The translations under genes were made by a program, and so were the position numbers. 64,000 nt of DNA from an uncultured bacterium (GTDB lineage: Bacteria > Chloroflexota > UBA5177 > JANWHV01): NCBI GenBank assembly GCA_963729625.1, contig CAVSOU010000017.1:1-64000 (forward strand), written 5' to 3'. This document shows positions 9,744-19,939 of the stretch, one piece after another. Below the pieces are notes generated by a model. It saw only the letters and a program-made list of their open reading frames with translations, was not told where the DNA came from and did no database searches. The stretch's first letter is position 1. Each line of letters starts with the position of its first letter.

Positions 9744-11582
9744 TCAGGCAACGACGCCGGCGTCGTGGCAGTCGACCCGGAGCAACGTCTCCAGTTCGCC
9801 GACAGCACGATCGAACTCGTCAAACGCCGCTTCGATCGGCGCTGCCGTCGTCACGTCGACCGCTGCGGCCCGCAGCAGATTAACCGGATAGTCCGAGCAG
9901 CCGGCGCGAAGCATACGCAGATAGCGGTTCACGGCCGGCTGTCCTTCCTGCAAGACCGCCTGCGCCAGGGCCGACGAGACCGCGAAGCCCGTCGCATACT
10001 GGTAGACGTAGAAGTTCAGATAGAAGTGGGGCACAAGTGACCACTCCCAGGCGGTCAAATCGTCCACAACCACGCCGGCGGCGCCATAATACTGCTCGAC
10101 AAGCCGGAGATAGGTGTCCCGCAACGCCTCGACCGTTAGGGCCCCACCGGTTTCGACAACTTCGTGCGCCTTCAGCTCGAATTCGGCAAAGAGAGTCTGC
10201 CTGATCACCGTGCTCCGGAAGCCCTCGACATACTGGTTGAGAATGGAGGCACGTTCCGCCCGGTCGCCGGTGCGTCTCAGCAGGTAGTGGTGCAGGAGCG
10301 CCTCGTTGAAGGTGGAAGCAATCTCGGCCAGGAATGTGGGGTAGCGTGCGTAGTGATAGGGCTGCTCGCGATTCGACAGGTAACTGTGCAGCGAGTGTCC
10401 AAGCTCGTGCGCGAGCGTGAACATGTCGTCACGACGCCCCTGGTAGTTCAACAGGATGAACGGCTCGGTGGTATAGCTGCCTGAGCTGTAGGCTCCGGTC
10501 GCCTTTCGTTCGCTTTCCAGCACGTCGATCCAGCGGGAGCGCAGGCCGCGCTCGGTTATCTCGGTGTACATGGCACCGAGGGGCGCGAATGCTTCGACAA
10601 CCTGCCGGCAGGCATCGGCGTACTCGACCTTGAGAGCGACGTCAGGCACGAGGGGCGCGTAAAGGTCGTACATGTGCAGCGGCTCGCCCAGCGCCAGAAC
10701 TCCGCGGCGCAATGCGAGATAGCGGTGGAGGCTGGGCAGCCTGGCACGCACCGTATCGATAAGCGTGCGATAGACCTGCGTGGGAATATGTGTCTCGGCA
10801 AGCGCGGCTTCGAGGCAGGTGCCATAGCGACGAGCGCGCGCGAAGAAATGGTTCTTCTTTACCTGGTTGGCCAGCGCGGCCGCCAGCGTATACTGCTGCT
10901 TCTTGAAGCCACCCAACATCCCCTCGAACGCTTCGCGGCGCACACGCCGGTCGGTGCTGCGGAGGAACTGGATGTAGGTGCCGTCGGTTAGCTGTATGTC
11001 CCGGCCGTCTTCGTCCACGACCACCGGCAACTGCCGGTCAAGCACGTGCGCGGCCTCGAACACGAGCAACGGGCCCTGGCCCAACTCGGTAATGCCGGCT
11101 AAAACCTGCTCCACCTCGGCGGAGCGCACGTGCGCCCGCAGGGAGGTCATCTCGTCAATCTCGTGCCGGTGTGCCGCCAGGCCCGGCTCGCCGGCAAAGA
11201 GGCCTTCCAGTCGTTCCGGACTGATGGCCAGGATCTCAGGCACGAAGAAAGAGATCGCGGTCTCGAGCGCGGCGGCGAGGCCGATCGCCCTGTCTGCCAT
11301 GGATGCGTAGCCTGGGTGCGCCAGGTCTTCATCGTGACGCCGCGATGCAAACTCATAGACGCTCTCGAACTGCTCGGATACGCGATCGCGAACCGCCAGC
11401 GCGCGCAGCAAATCCTGGCCGGAACGCTCCAGCGTGCCATGGAGCCGATCGAGCTCCGGAAGCTGTGTCGCGACCGCGGCAAATGCTTCCTCCCAGGCTT
11501 GGTCGCTTGGGAAAATGGAACTCAAATCCCATGTGAGCTCGACTGGAACGTCGCTGCGCTGTCGCACGGCTTCCGCCACCAT
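9744..11582 (-). CDS. pepF: oligoendopeptidase F (M3B)
   Basis: 'TWDLSSIF', 'GAYSSG', 'FTLAHELGHSLH' HEXXH, 'AEIAS', 'HFYLNFYVYQYATG'. Confidence 0.95.
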   Translation of the reverse strand: MVAEAVRQRSDVPVELTWDLSSIFPSDQAWEEAFAAVATQLPELDRLHGTLERSGQDLLRALAVRDRVSEQFESVYEFASRRHDEDLAHPGYASMADRAIGLAAALETAISFFVPEILAISPERLEGLFAGEPGLAAHRHEIDEMTSLRAHVRSAEVEQVLAGITELGQGPLLVFEAAHVLDRQLPVVVDEDGRDIQLTDGTYIQFLRSTDRRVRREAFEGMLGGFKKQQYTLAAALANQVKKNHFFARARRYGTCLEAALAETHIPTQVYRTLIDTVRARLPSLHRYLALRRGVLALGEPLHMYDLYAPLVPDVALKVEYADACRQVVEAFAPLGAMYTEITERGLRSRWIDVLESERKATGAYSSGSYTTEPFILLNYQGRRDDMFTLAHELGHSLHSYLSNREQPYHYARYPTFLAEIASTFNEALLHHYLLRRTGDRAERASILNQYVEGFRSTVIRQTLFAEFELKAHEVVETGGALTVEALRDTYLRLVEQYYGAAGVVVDDLTAWEWSLVPHFYLNFYVYQYATGFAVSSALAQAVLQEGQPAVNRYLRMLRAGCSDYPVNLLRAAAVDVTTAAPIEAAFDEFDRAVGELETLLRVDCHDAGVVA

Positions 11583-11747
11583 ACCCTCCTCGCTGATTTT
11601 GACTACCCTGAGTCTAGCGCAACGCGCGCCACCCAGTCGTCAGAAGCAGAGCCAGCAGCTTGGAAACTGCGCAACGTGTGTCATGGAGGATCCCCCGGTA
11701 CACTGGATGGAGATGTTTCTGGCAGTCAGGAGAGCTTGGACACGGGT

Positions 11748-12653
11748 ATGGCGGAATACGATGCGCCGGACACAATAGATCGCCTGTACGACTGGTTCAT
11801 GGCTGCTCGTCCCGCCACTCTACCCGCGGCCATCGTGCCCGTCCTTGTCGGCACTGCGATGGCCATTGCCGAGAGACACCTCCACCCAATCGTGTTCGTT
11901 GCCACGCTGTTGGGGTCGCTTCTGATACAGATCGGCACGAACTTCGCCAACGACTACTTCGACTTCCGAAAGGGGGCGGATACGGCCGAGCGGCTTGGGC
12001 CGACCCGCGTCACCCAGAGCGGCATTTTCACGCCATACCAGGTCATGGTGGCGACACTGATCGCCTTCGGTCTGGCCACGGCCGACGGCCTCTACCTGGC
12101 TTCGGTGGGCGGCGCGCCCATCGTGCTGGTGGGCCTGTTCTCCATCGCGTGCGGTGTCGCGTACACCGGCGGCCCCTATCCACTGGGCTATCACGGGCTC
12201 GGCGATCTATGCTGCTTCGTGTTCTTCGGTCTGGTTGCCGTCGACGGCACATACTATCTCCAAACCGGATCGCTGAGCATTTCCGCTCTGATTGCGGCGG
12301 TGCCGGTGGGACTGCTCTGCACGAACATTCTGGTCGTCAACAACCTGCGCGACATCGATACAGATCAGGCCGCGGGAAAGCGTACTCTGGCCGTTCGCAT
12401 TGGCCGCGCGGCGACCGGGCGCCAGTACACGCTTGCCCTGCTGGTTGCCTATACGCTGCCGCTGACCTTGCAGATCGCCGGCTCAAGCTCGATGTTTCTG
12501 TTCTGGCTGCCGTACGTCACCGTGCCACGTGCCATCCGCCTGGCCTGGTTCGTCGAGCACAACCGGGGGCGCGTGCTGAACAGGGCGCTGCGAGATACAG
12601 CCCAGCTCCATTTGCAGTATGGCATTCTCTTTGCCGTCAGCCTCCTGCATTGA
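11748..12653 (+). CDS. menA: 1,4-dihydroxy-2-naphthoate polyprenyltransferase
   Basis: 'RPATLPA', 'NFANDYFDFRKGAD', 'YTGGPYPLGY', 'NNLRDIDTD..AGKRTLAV'. Confidence 0.95.
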   Translation: MAEYDAPDTIDRLYDWFMAARPATLPAAIVPVLVGTAMAIAERHLHPIVFVATLLGSLLIQIGTNFANDYFDFRKGADTAERLGPTRVTQSGIFTPYQVMVATLIAFGLATADGLYLASVGGAPIVLVGLFSIACGVAYTGGPYPLGYHGLGDLCCFVFFGLVAVDGTYYLQTGSLSISALIAAVPVGLLCTNILVVNNLRDIDTDQAAGKRTLAVRIGRAATGRQYTLALLVAYTLPLTLQIAGSSSMFLFWLPYVTVPRAIRLAWFVEHNRGRVLNRALRDTAQLHLQYGILFAVSLLH

Positions 12654-12763
12654 CCGCGCCTTCAGCCACACCGGGAAGAGGCCGGTAACGGAAGGCAGTG
12701 GCCTCGGCCGTTGGGTGGCCCGCCGGCTTGGCTCGAATTTGGCGAGAGGCCATTCATTAGGCC

Positions 12764-14485
12764 ATGGATGATCGCATCGCGATCCCCGACTGGCTGTCGC
12801 GGCGCGCCGCGGATACACCGGATCAGCCTGCGCTCATCGCGGGCTCGCTCCGCTGGACCTGGCGCGATCTGCACCGGCGCGCCGCGGCCCTCGCGGTGAG
12901 CGTGGCCGGCATGGGGATCGCGCCCGGCGATCGCGTCGCGGCCTTGCTGGCCAACGCCGAACAGTACGTGGAAGTGGTGCATGCACTGATCCAGCTGCGA
13001 GCCGTCCTGGTTCCGCTGAATATCCGCCTGACGCCGGAAGAGATGGTCTGGCAGGCGTGGAATAGCCGGGCGCGCGTTCTGCTGCACGATGCTGCCGCTG
13101 CCGGCCAGGCGGGCGCGCTCAGGCAGGCGCTGCCGGCGCTGCCGCAGCACGCGCTCGCTTTCTCCGGCATCGAGCCCGCGGCTGCCTCGATCGCCGAGCC
13201 CGCGCGTATCGATCTCTGGGCTATCCACGGCATCATCTACACCTCCGGTACATCCGGCCGGCCCAAAGGCGCGATGCTCAGCTACGGCAACCACTGGTGG
13301 AACGCCGTAGGTTCGGCCCTCAACCTGGGGCTGCATAGCGATGACCGCTGGCTGGCCTGCCTCCCCTTCTACCACGTCGGCGGCTTGTCTATCTTGATGC
13401 GCGGTGTGATCTATGGGATTCCCGTCGTCCTGCCGAACGCCGCGTCCAGGCAGGCCACGGCAGCGGGCGGCTTCGACCCCGCGCAAGTGAATCGAGCGAT
13501 CGATGAAGATGGTGTGACGATCGTGTCCGTGGTCGGCACGATGCTGTCGCGCATGCTGGAGCAGCGAGGCAGCCAACCCTATCCGGCAGCGCTTCGTTGC
13601 GTGTTGCTCGGGGGCGGACCGGCGCCGCGACCGCTGCTGGAGGAGTGCGCGCGCCGCGGCATCCCCGTGACGCAGACGTACGGCCTGACCGAGACGTCTT
13701 CACAGTTCGCAACGCTCGCCCCGGCCGATGCCCTGCGCAAGCTGGGCTCAGCCGGACGCGCGCTGCTTCCGAACGAGCTACGCATCCTACCACTGCCGCG
13801 CGACGGAGAGACGCTGGGCGAGACAGCCTCGGCAGGCGACGATGCCCCGGCCTCCAGGCCGGTGAGTCTCCGGGGCACCAGCCGCAGCGAGTCGCCGCCA
13901 AGCCGCGGGCGTCAGCCCGCCCTCCTCGCCGCCGGCATGGATACCGGAAGCACCCATGCCAATGAGCGCAGCAGTTGCGACAGGGACAGGGAATCGGACC
14001 AGCATCCCTCTTCGCCGCCGATCGGCGAAATCCTCGTACGCGGGCCGAGTGTCACGGCGGGCTATGTGCTTGACGACGGCAATCTGGATGTCCTCCGTCC
14101 CGCGACGGATGCGGAAGGGTGGCTCCACACCGGCGACCTGGGCTATCTGGACAGCGAGGGATACCTCTACGTGCTCGACCGCCGCGCCGACCTCGTCGTC
14201 ACCGGTGGCGAGAACGTCTATCCAGCCGAAGTGGAGGCGGTGCTGCATGCTCACCCAACTGTCGCCGAGGCCGCGGTCTACGGCATTGCGGATGACGTAT
14301 GGGGACAATGCGTGGCGGCGGCGATCGTGGCACGGCCGGGCGCCCGAACCGACGAAGCCGAGATTCTGGCCTTTTGCCGCGAGCGGCTGGCATCCTACAA
14401 AGTACCCTCCATGATCCGCATCATCGACGCGCTGCCACGGAGTGCCGCCGGGAAGTTGGTCAGACGCAGGCTATTGGATATTTAG
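12764..14485 (+). CDS. menE: o-succinylbenzoate-CoA ligase with a ~75-aa insertion
   Basis: 'YTSGTSGRPKG', 'YGLTETSSQ', 'GWLHTGDLG', 'GGENVYPAEVE'. Confidence 0.92.
   Translation: MDDRIAIPDWLSRRAADTPDQPALIAGSLRWTWRDLHRRAAALAVSVAGMGIAPGDRVAALLANAEQYVEVVHALIQLRAVLVPLNIRLTPEEMVWQAWNSRARVLLHDAAAAGQAGALRQALPALPQHALAFSGIEPAAASIAEPARIDLWAIHGIIYTSGTSGRPKGAMLSYGNHWWNAVGSALNLGLHSDDRWLACLPFYHVGGLSILMRGVIYGIPVVLPNAASRQATAAGGFDPAQVNRAIDEDGVTIVSVVGTMLSRMLEQRGSQPYPAALRCVLLGGGPAPRPLLEECARRGIPVTQTYGLTETSSQFATLAPADALRKLGSAGRALLPNELRILPLPRDGETLGETASAGDDAPASRPVSLRGTSRSESPPSRGRQPALLAAGMDTGSTHANERSSCDRDRESDQHPSSPPIGEILVRGPSVTAGYVLDDGNLDVLRPATDAEGWLHTGDLGYLDSEGYLYVLDRRADLVVTGGENVYPAEVEAVLHAHPTVAEAAVYGIADDVWGQCVAAAIVARPGARTDEAEILAFCRERLASYKVPSMIRIIDALPRSAAGKLVRRRLLDI
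13845..13921. repeat. degenerate REP-like hairpin doublet inside menE
   Basis: CCCCGGCCTCCAGGCCGGTGAG ... GCCAAGCCGCGGGCGTCAGCCCGCC, homologous to 4457-4515. Confidence 0.65.
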
Positions 14486-14518
14486 GGATGCAATGAACGG
14501 CATCATGAGGGATGGCAG

Positions 14519-15172
14519 ATGAGCCAGGCTCCGCGACTGACCGCGGTAATACTCGCCGGGGGCGGATCAAAGCGCATGGGCAGCGACAAGGCCTTGCTCA
14601 GGCTGCCCGACGGGCGTTCGACTCTTGAGGTCGTGCTGGAAACAGCGCGTTCGGCGGCAAGCCAGGTAGTGCTCGCGGTGGATTCGAGAGCTCATGCCGA
14701 TACGTTATGTACCGCGATTGGCGAGCGGCCCGAAATCGTTCTCGACCCCTCGCCCGGCGAAGGACCGCTCATGGCACTTGCCGCGGCATTGAAGACAGCC
14801 TCCAGTTCTGCGGTGTTGCTGCTGGCCGTGGACATGCCGCTCGTTTCCGCGGCCGCGATCCGTGCGCTGCACGGGACCTGGCTCGAGCACCAGACGTTCG
14901 GCGTGCACGTCGTCGCTCCGCTCACAGGCGGCATCGTGCAACCAATGCCTGCCTGCTATGCGGTGACCCTATCCGGCATCGTGGACCAATTGCTCGAGGT
15001 CGGGCGGCGGTCTCTGTGGGCACTCCTGCACGCGCCGGCCGTTCACGTGCATACCATCGACGAGGCCGCGATCCGCCGATTCGATCCGGACCTGCTCTCG
15101 ACGGCGCGCGCAGACACGCCGGAAGCGTGGGACGAGCTCTGCGCCAGAGCCAGGCGCCTGAGTCACGCATGA
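14519..15172 (+). CDS. mobA: molybdenum cofactor guanylyltransferase
   Basis: 'LAGGGSKRMGSDKALL', 'GPL', 'LAVDMP'. Confidence 0.85.
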   Translation: MSQAPRLTAVILAGGGSKRMGSDKALLRLPDGRSTLEVVLETARSAASQVVLAVDSRAHADTLCTAIGERPEIVLDPSPGEGPLMALAAALKTASSSAVLLLAVDMPLVSAAAIRALHGTWLEHQTFGVHVVAPLTGGIVQPMPACYAVTLSGIVDQLLEVGRRSLWALLHAPAVHVHTIDEAAIRRFDPDLLSTARADTPEAWDELCARARRLSHA

Positions 15173-15203
15173 ACCAGGCTGCCAGTCAATGCAGTGAGGA
15201 ACC

Positions 15204-17345
15204 TCAGCGAACCGCGCGTTCGTGCAGCCTGTCTGCCAGATCGATCAGTCGGTCGCGGTATTCGAGCTCGCCGAGCAGTCGCCACGGCAACGCCTCCTCG
15301 CCGGCCACCGCGCCGGCGAGCGTTCCGGTCATTGCCGCTACTGTATCGGCGTTGGAGGCGGCGCCGTTTGCCGCCAGCAGCAGCGCCGTCTCAAAATCGC
15401 CCGCGTTCGCCAGGAAACAATAGAATGCCGTCGGCACGCTTTCCAGGACAGGCTGCTTGGCGCAGAGGCTGGGCAAGGCCTGCCCGGCGGGCCGGCTGAG
15501 CAGCCCGGGCAATTCTCCAATGCGCTCGTACAGCGTCGCGGGGGCATCCGGGCCGGAAGCGCGAGCCGGCTCGATCCCCGCGATGGCGGCCTGCACCGCT
15601 CGTACGAAATCCCGCGCGGTCCAGTGCCCTGGTTCCTGCGACACCAGCCAGCCGGTCGCCGCGGCCATGCCTACCGCCCCCGCTACGGCCAACGGCAGGC
15701 GATGTGTCGGCAGGGCGACCAGCGTCGCCTCCGTGCGAAGCAGGCCCAGGTTGTGGTAGCGGAATAGCCCGATGGGCGCTGAGCGCATGGCAGCGCCGTT
15801 GCCGGCACTCTCGTCGCTCGCCAGGTACCAGGGAATGCCTTGGCTGAGCCGGAGCACTGCCACCTCGGTCGCCTTGCCCTTACCACGCGCAATCGGCAGC
15901 CAGTCCACCAGCCGCCGTGCAAGATCCTCGGGATCCAGCCTGCCCATGGCGAGCAAGGTTTCGGCAACCACCATGGTCAGCTGCGTGTCGTTCGTGACGG
16001 TACCGCTGGGCCCACTCATATAGCCGCGCCACGGCGCGTACTCGGCAATGGCCCACGGCGGCGCGTAGTGCGGCCGCGCGTTTCGCTTGGCAGATCGCCC
16101 CAGCGCATCGCCGATCGCCCCTCCCAACAGCGCACCGCGGAAGCGGCCGCGGCGCATGGCGTGGCCCATCAGACGAGAGCCCACGCGATCCATCGCCGCT
16201 GCCGTGTCGGCCATGGCCGACGCGCTATGGCCTGCGGAAACGGCGTCGCCGGCCAGCAGCTCATCGGTGGGCAAGACGGCCGGTGCCTCCACGCCACCGG
16301 ATCGCCTGCCGGCGCCCTGCTTCACGAGCTGCTCGGCCAGCTGCGGCGCCTGCCCCGGCCAGTAGATCTCGGGACGTGGGTGGCGAACGCCGGTCGCCTC
16401 GCGTACCGGCCGGCATTCGAGTACGGTCGAACGCCACTGTTCTGGGATGGCGACGTATCCGTGAATAGCGCCCAGGAGCGCCCCGGCCGTCGCCACGTTG
16501 GTATCCGTGTCGCCGCCTCCTCTGACCGAATCGACAAGCCCTTCCTCGAAGGACGACGCATGAATCGCCTGGTAGAACGCATTCTGCAGTGCGATAAGCA
16601 CATGGCCTTCGTTTGTCTCGAACGCCGGCAGCCGGGATCCGGCGGCTTCCAGGGCCGCGGTCACGGAGAGGCTCCTGCCGTGCTGCCTATCCCAGGCGCA
16701 GGCCCGCTCGTACGTTGCCTTGCCACTCAGCTGCTCGCGAATGGCTGCTGCCAGCGCGATGACAAACGCTATCGAGGCATCCTGGCAGACCTGGTTCGGG
16801 TGGGTCAGCATGGTGTCCGCGGCCACGATGTCCGCCAGGTTCTCGGCAGCAAGCTGCCAGCCCCAAATGGCGAGCGGGCTCTGCCGCATGAGGGCGCCGT
16901 TAGCCTGGCTGGACCTGCTGGCCGCGGCCGTGCCGGCAACGGCCAGCGACGTGCCGCCGTTCAGCCGAACGCTCCGCACGGCTGTCAGGGAGCGCCGGAC
17001 GGTGGTGCCTACGTCGAACGGGCCGCTCATCAGCCAGTCAACGTACGACCCGGCTACCGTGTCCCGATCGTAGCCGCCACGCGCGACGAGAGCATGCGCC
17101 AGGGCCAACGACAACTCGTCGGTAGGCTGGCCGGGAATCGTACCGTGGACGACGCTCGGTCCCAGGACGCGCAGGCCGGTGGGATAGAAAGCTCGGATTT
17201 CGACGCTGGAGACAAACTTGACCATACTGCCGAGGGCATTCCCCACGAACTGGCCGAGCAAGCAGCCCCGCGCGCGTTCGACTACTTCGTCCGGCACGGC
17301 GCCAACACCTGCGGCGCCTGCGGCTGGCGAGCGGTCAACGTCCAT
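15204..17345 (-). CDS. tandem two-domain ADP-ribosylglycohydrolase family protein
   Basis: two copies of G(N/D)ALG ... NGA(L/A)MR..P ... (G/N)xDT motifs. Confidence 0.85.
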   Translation of the reverse strand: MDVDRSPAAGAAGVGAVPDEVVERARGCLLGQFVGNALGSMVKFVSSVEIRAFYPTGLRVLGPSVVHGTIPGQPTDELSLALAHALVARGGYDRDTVAGSYVDWLMSGPFDVGTTVRRSLTAVRSVRLNGGTSLAVAGTAAASRSSQANGALMRQSPLAIWGWQLAAENLADIVAADTMLTHPNQVCQDASIAFVIALAAAIREQLSGKATYERACAWDRQHGRSLSVTAALEAAGSRLPAFETNEGHVLIALQNAFYQAIHASSFEEGLVDSVRGGGDTDTNVATAGALLGAIHGYVAIPEQWRSTVLECRPVREATGVRHPRPEIYWPGQAPQLAEQLVKQGAGRRSGGVEAPAVLPTDELLAGDAVSAGHSASAMADTAAAMDRVGSRLMGHAMRRGRFRGALLGGAIGDALGRSAKRNARPHYAPPWAIAEYAPWRGYMSGPSGTVTNDTQLTMVVAETLLAMGRLDPEDLARRLVDWLPIARGKGKATEVAVLRLSQGIPWYLASDESAGNGAAMRSAPIGLFRYHNLGLLRTEATLVALPTHRLPLAVAGAVGMAAATGWLVSQEPGHWTARDFVRAVQAAIAGIEPARASGPDAPATLYERIGELPGLLSRPAGQALPSLCAKQPVLESVPTAFYCFLANAGDFETALLLAANGAASNADTVAAMTGTLAGAVAGEEALPWRLLGELEYRDRLIDLADRLHERAVR

Positions 17346-17840
17346 CGCCGTATCACTTCCTCTTTCCAGCGGACTCGCGCCACGGGAGCCGGCACGCGCC
17401 GGCGCGAGCTGAACTCTGCGCGTTCACCCTCCAGGATAGCGCGTCTTCGGCTCGGACTCGGCGAAAGACGCCGCGTTCCAGCGACCTCAGCTTCGTGTCC
17501 AGGCCGCTGCCGAACCTGGACCCGGACCATGGCTTCGCCAGCTCCCTTGGCGTCAGCAGCCTCCTCCTCAACATCACTATCCAGCCGGCTGGAACGGCAG
17601 CCCGGTCGGTCGTCTTGTACTTGGCGGAGGCCATCGTGCCGCCGGCCGCGAAGCTATACTGGTGTGCGCACGCTCTCGCGGGAAGGAGCAGGACGGGCTG
17701 GGGCTGGAACGTGCTCGGTTTCGAGGCTTGGCAACTCGACTGCGATCGCCTGAAGGGTCTGCCCGACGTGCGTTGGCACCACCACTTGACCGCAGTCCCG
17801 GCCCCCATCGCACCAAGACGACGGCGGACGGTACTATCGG

Positions 17841-19124
17841 CTAGGCGAGGCTCAATCGCCAGAGCTTGCCGCTGCCGGCCTCGGCAACCACGCCATGGTC
17901 CGCGTCCATTTCGAAGCGACCGAAATCCAGGACAAAGAGAGCATCTCCCGCCACGCTGAAGCGCACGTCGATGGGCCGCGACAGCGGGCCGCCGACCACG
18001 TCATGCAGGCTCCAGTCGCGCGGATCGACCCGCGCCACGCCTCGGCCAACGCGCGGACCGGCCGGCGCGGTCATCGGCGCTTCATCGCCAAAGAGCGCTA
18101 CGAAGAGATGCCCTGCTTGCTCTTCCCAGCTCGCAGGCGCCACGTCAAATTTCACGGCGGCGGCATGTGGCGGAAAGCTCAGCAGGGCCCGCTCGGGCGG
18201 CGGCAGTTCGTCGTGATTGCTCAACACGAAGGACGGCGCCGGCCCCCGTGTCGGCAGGAAGCGCGGATCGGTAATCGGAATGTCGCCGATGTAATCCGGC
18301 CAGCCGTACCACGCGCCCTGCCGTACCTCGAAGAGCAAATCCGGGACGTGGCCGACCGGGCGACTGCCCCGGTCATCGGCGCCCTGATCGACGGCGAGCA
18401 ACCGGCCATCCGGCAAGAAGCCGAAGGCCCAGGCGTTGCGCAACCCCCATGCCACGAGCTCGAGGTCGCTACCGTCGGCATTGCAGCGCAGCATCGCGGA
18501 CGTGCACGGAAGCTGCCCCTCTATCCGCGCCCCTGCCTCCGAGCGAGTACCAAAGGGAGCAAAAGCGCCCGTCCATGTTCGGGCCCCAGGTGTGCCCGCC
18601 AGAGGATTGGCGGTCTCGACATTCACACCGGCAAGCGTGACGGCATAGCCCGGAATATCGTGGGCGTGCGGCAAGCGCCGGAGCCATCCTAACTCGTACG
18701 AGTCGAGCCCGACGATACCTGTGTTGGTCATGGCTCCCTGCGTGAAGTAGAGTTTGCCATCCGGACCAAAGGCGGCCATGTTCGTGTGATAGTTGCCCGG
18801 GCCGGGCAGGTTGCCCAGTATCGTGGTGAGCCGGCCGTCCAGTTCCAGTCGGCTGATCCGTCCGGGATGCCCGCCTTCCGATACCCAGAGGGCGCCGTCG
18901 TGAAACGTGAGTCCGTTGACAGGGGGGCGCAGCTTGTCGGCCACCAGCGACCGAGTCCCGTCAGGCGCCAGCCGCCAGACACGCCCGCCTGGCGGCGCGC
19001 CGCCAAACGGCAATCCCGACTCCGCCACGTACGCGATGCCATCTGTGTCGAGTGTGAGACTCGTCGGAAACGAGAAGTTGTCGCCTACCAGGTCAAGGGC
19101 GGTGGCGGCGTTGTTCGGAAGCAT
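17841..19124 (-). CDS. PQQ-dependent sugar (glucose/sorbosone) dehydrogenase-like beta-propeller
   Basis: 'FGPDGKLYF', 'AWGLRNAW', 'YGWPD', 'RPIDVRF'; GAGGAAAGGA RBS. Confidence 0.8.
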   Translation of the reverse strand: MLPNNAATALDLVGDNFSFPTSLTLDTDGIAYVAESGLPFGGAPPGGRVWRLAPDGTRSLVADKLRPPVNGLTFHDGALWVSEGGHPGRISRLELDGRLTTILGNLPGPGNYHTNMAAFGPDGKLYFTQGAMTNTGIVGLDSYELGWLRRLPHAHDIPGYAVTLAGVNVETANPLAGTPGARTWTGAFAPFGTRSEAGARIEGQLPCTSAMLRCNADGSDLELVAWGLRNAWAFGFLPDGRLLAVDQGADDRGSRPVGHVPDLLFEVRQGAWYGWPDYIGDIPITDPRFLPTRGPAPSFVLSNHDELPPPERALLSFPPHAAAVKFDVAPASWEEQAGHLFVALFGDEAPMTAPAGPRVGRGVARVDPRDWSLHDVVGGPLSRPIDVRFSVAGDALFVLDFGRFEMDADHGVVAEAGSGKLWRLSLA

Positions 19125-19291
19125 GGTGTTCCTTTCCTCCATAACGCGGCGGGCAGGCAGGCGTGAGCCGGTGAACGACCTCCGCCTGGATCGATGCAGC
19201 CGCGTGTCGCCTATACCGAAGCCACAGTGTGATCTACATGAATCTGCGCCTTCTGCCGAGCGCAGCAAGAAGGTTCTACCGCGGCTCCACT

Positions 19292-19939
19292 TTAGCTCAA
19301 CTGTCGCTGGACGCCCGCGACGTCGTAGTAGAGCGATTCGCGCGTGATCTTTCCCTCCGCGCGCGTCACGATCGTCATGCCACGTACCTCGATACGCCGT
19401 CCGGTCGGGGCAAATCCAAGAAAGTCACCCTGGTGCGTGCCGTGCAGCACCCATTCCGCTACGACCTGGTCGCCGTGCGCAAAGCGGTGCGTGACGTCGA
19501 TGGTGGCGTTGCCGATACTGGTCATCTCAGCCAGCTTCCGCTGTGCGATCGCTGCCTTGCCCGTAATCGGCGCCTCGAACATTGGGTCTTCGACCACGGC
19601 GTTATCAGCATAATCGTCGAGGATCGCCTGCAAGTACTGGCTGCGCTGGGGATCGAGCGATGAAGCCGAGACGGGGCTGCCTTGCGTCGCGCCGCCCTGC
19701 CGTTGAACGTGTTCCTGGTGCAGCTTCTTGTTCTTGTGCTGGGTGGCGGCGTGCTTCTTCGTATTCGTCTTGGGAGGCAAATGCGCTGCTTGGGCATCGG
19801 ATGTGGAAGACACCATCTCGATCCCCACGCTGGACATGCCGAGAGCCGCCAGGAGGGCGACAAAGCGACTGCGCGAGATCTCGTGGCGCCGGTAGCGCTG
19901 TATGAGCTGGTCGATCGGTTGGTCGGGCGAAGAATCCAT
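19292..19939 (-). CDS. SnoaL-like/ester cyclase protein with a Tat-like N-terminus
   Basis: 'GTHQGDFLGFAPTGRRIEVRG'; N-terminal 'ISRSRFVALLAALG'. Confidence 0.8.
   Translation of the reverse strand: MDSSPDQPIDQLIQRYRRHEISRSRFVALLAALGMSSVGIEMVSSTSDAQAAHLPPKTNTKKHAATQHKNKKLHQEHVQRQGGATQGSPVSASSLDPQRSQYLQAILDDYADNAVVEDPMFEAPITGKAAIAQRKLAEMTSIGNATIDVTHRFAHGDQVVAEWVLHGTHQGDFLGFAPTGRRIEVRGMTIVTRAEGKITRESLYYDVAGVQRQLS

Noticed and set aside
15840-17753. Long + strand ORF (637 aa) and similar long antisense ORFs such as 52751-54439 and 54551-56830
   Set aside because: These are shadow frames of well-supported opposite-strand genes in high-GC DNA.
17353-17808. ORF upstream of the ADP-ribosylglycohydrolase as a cognate toxin
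   Set aside because: Arg/Ala-rich, with no recognisable motif or RBS; likely spurious.
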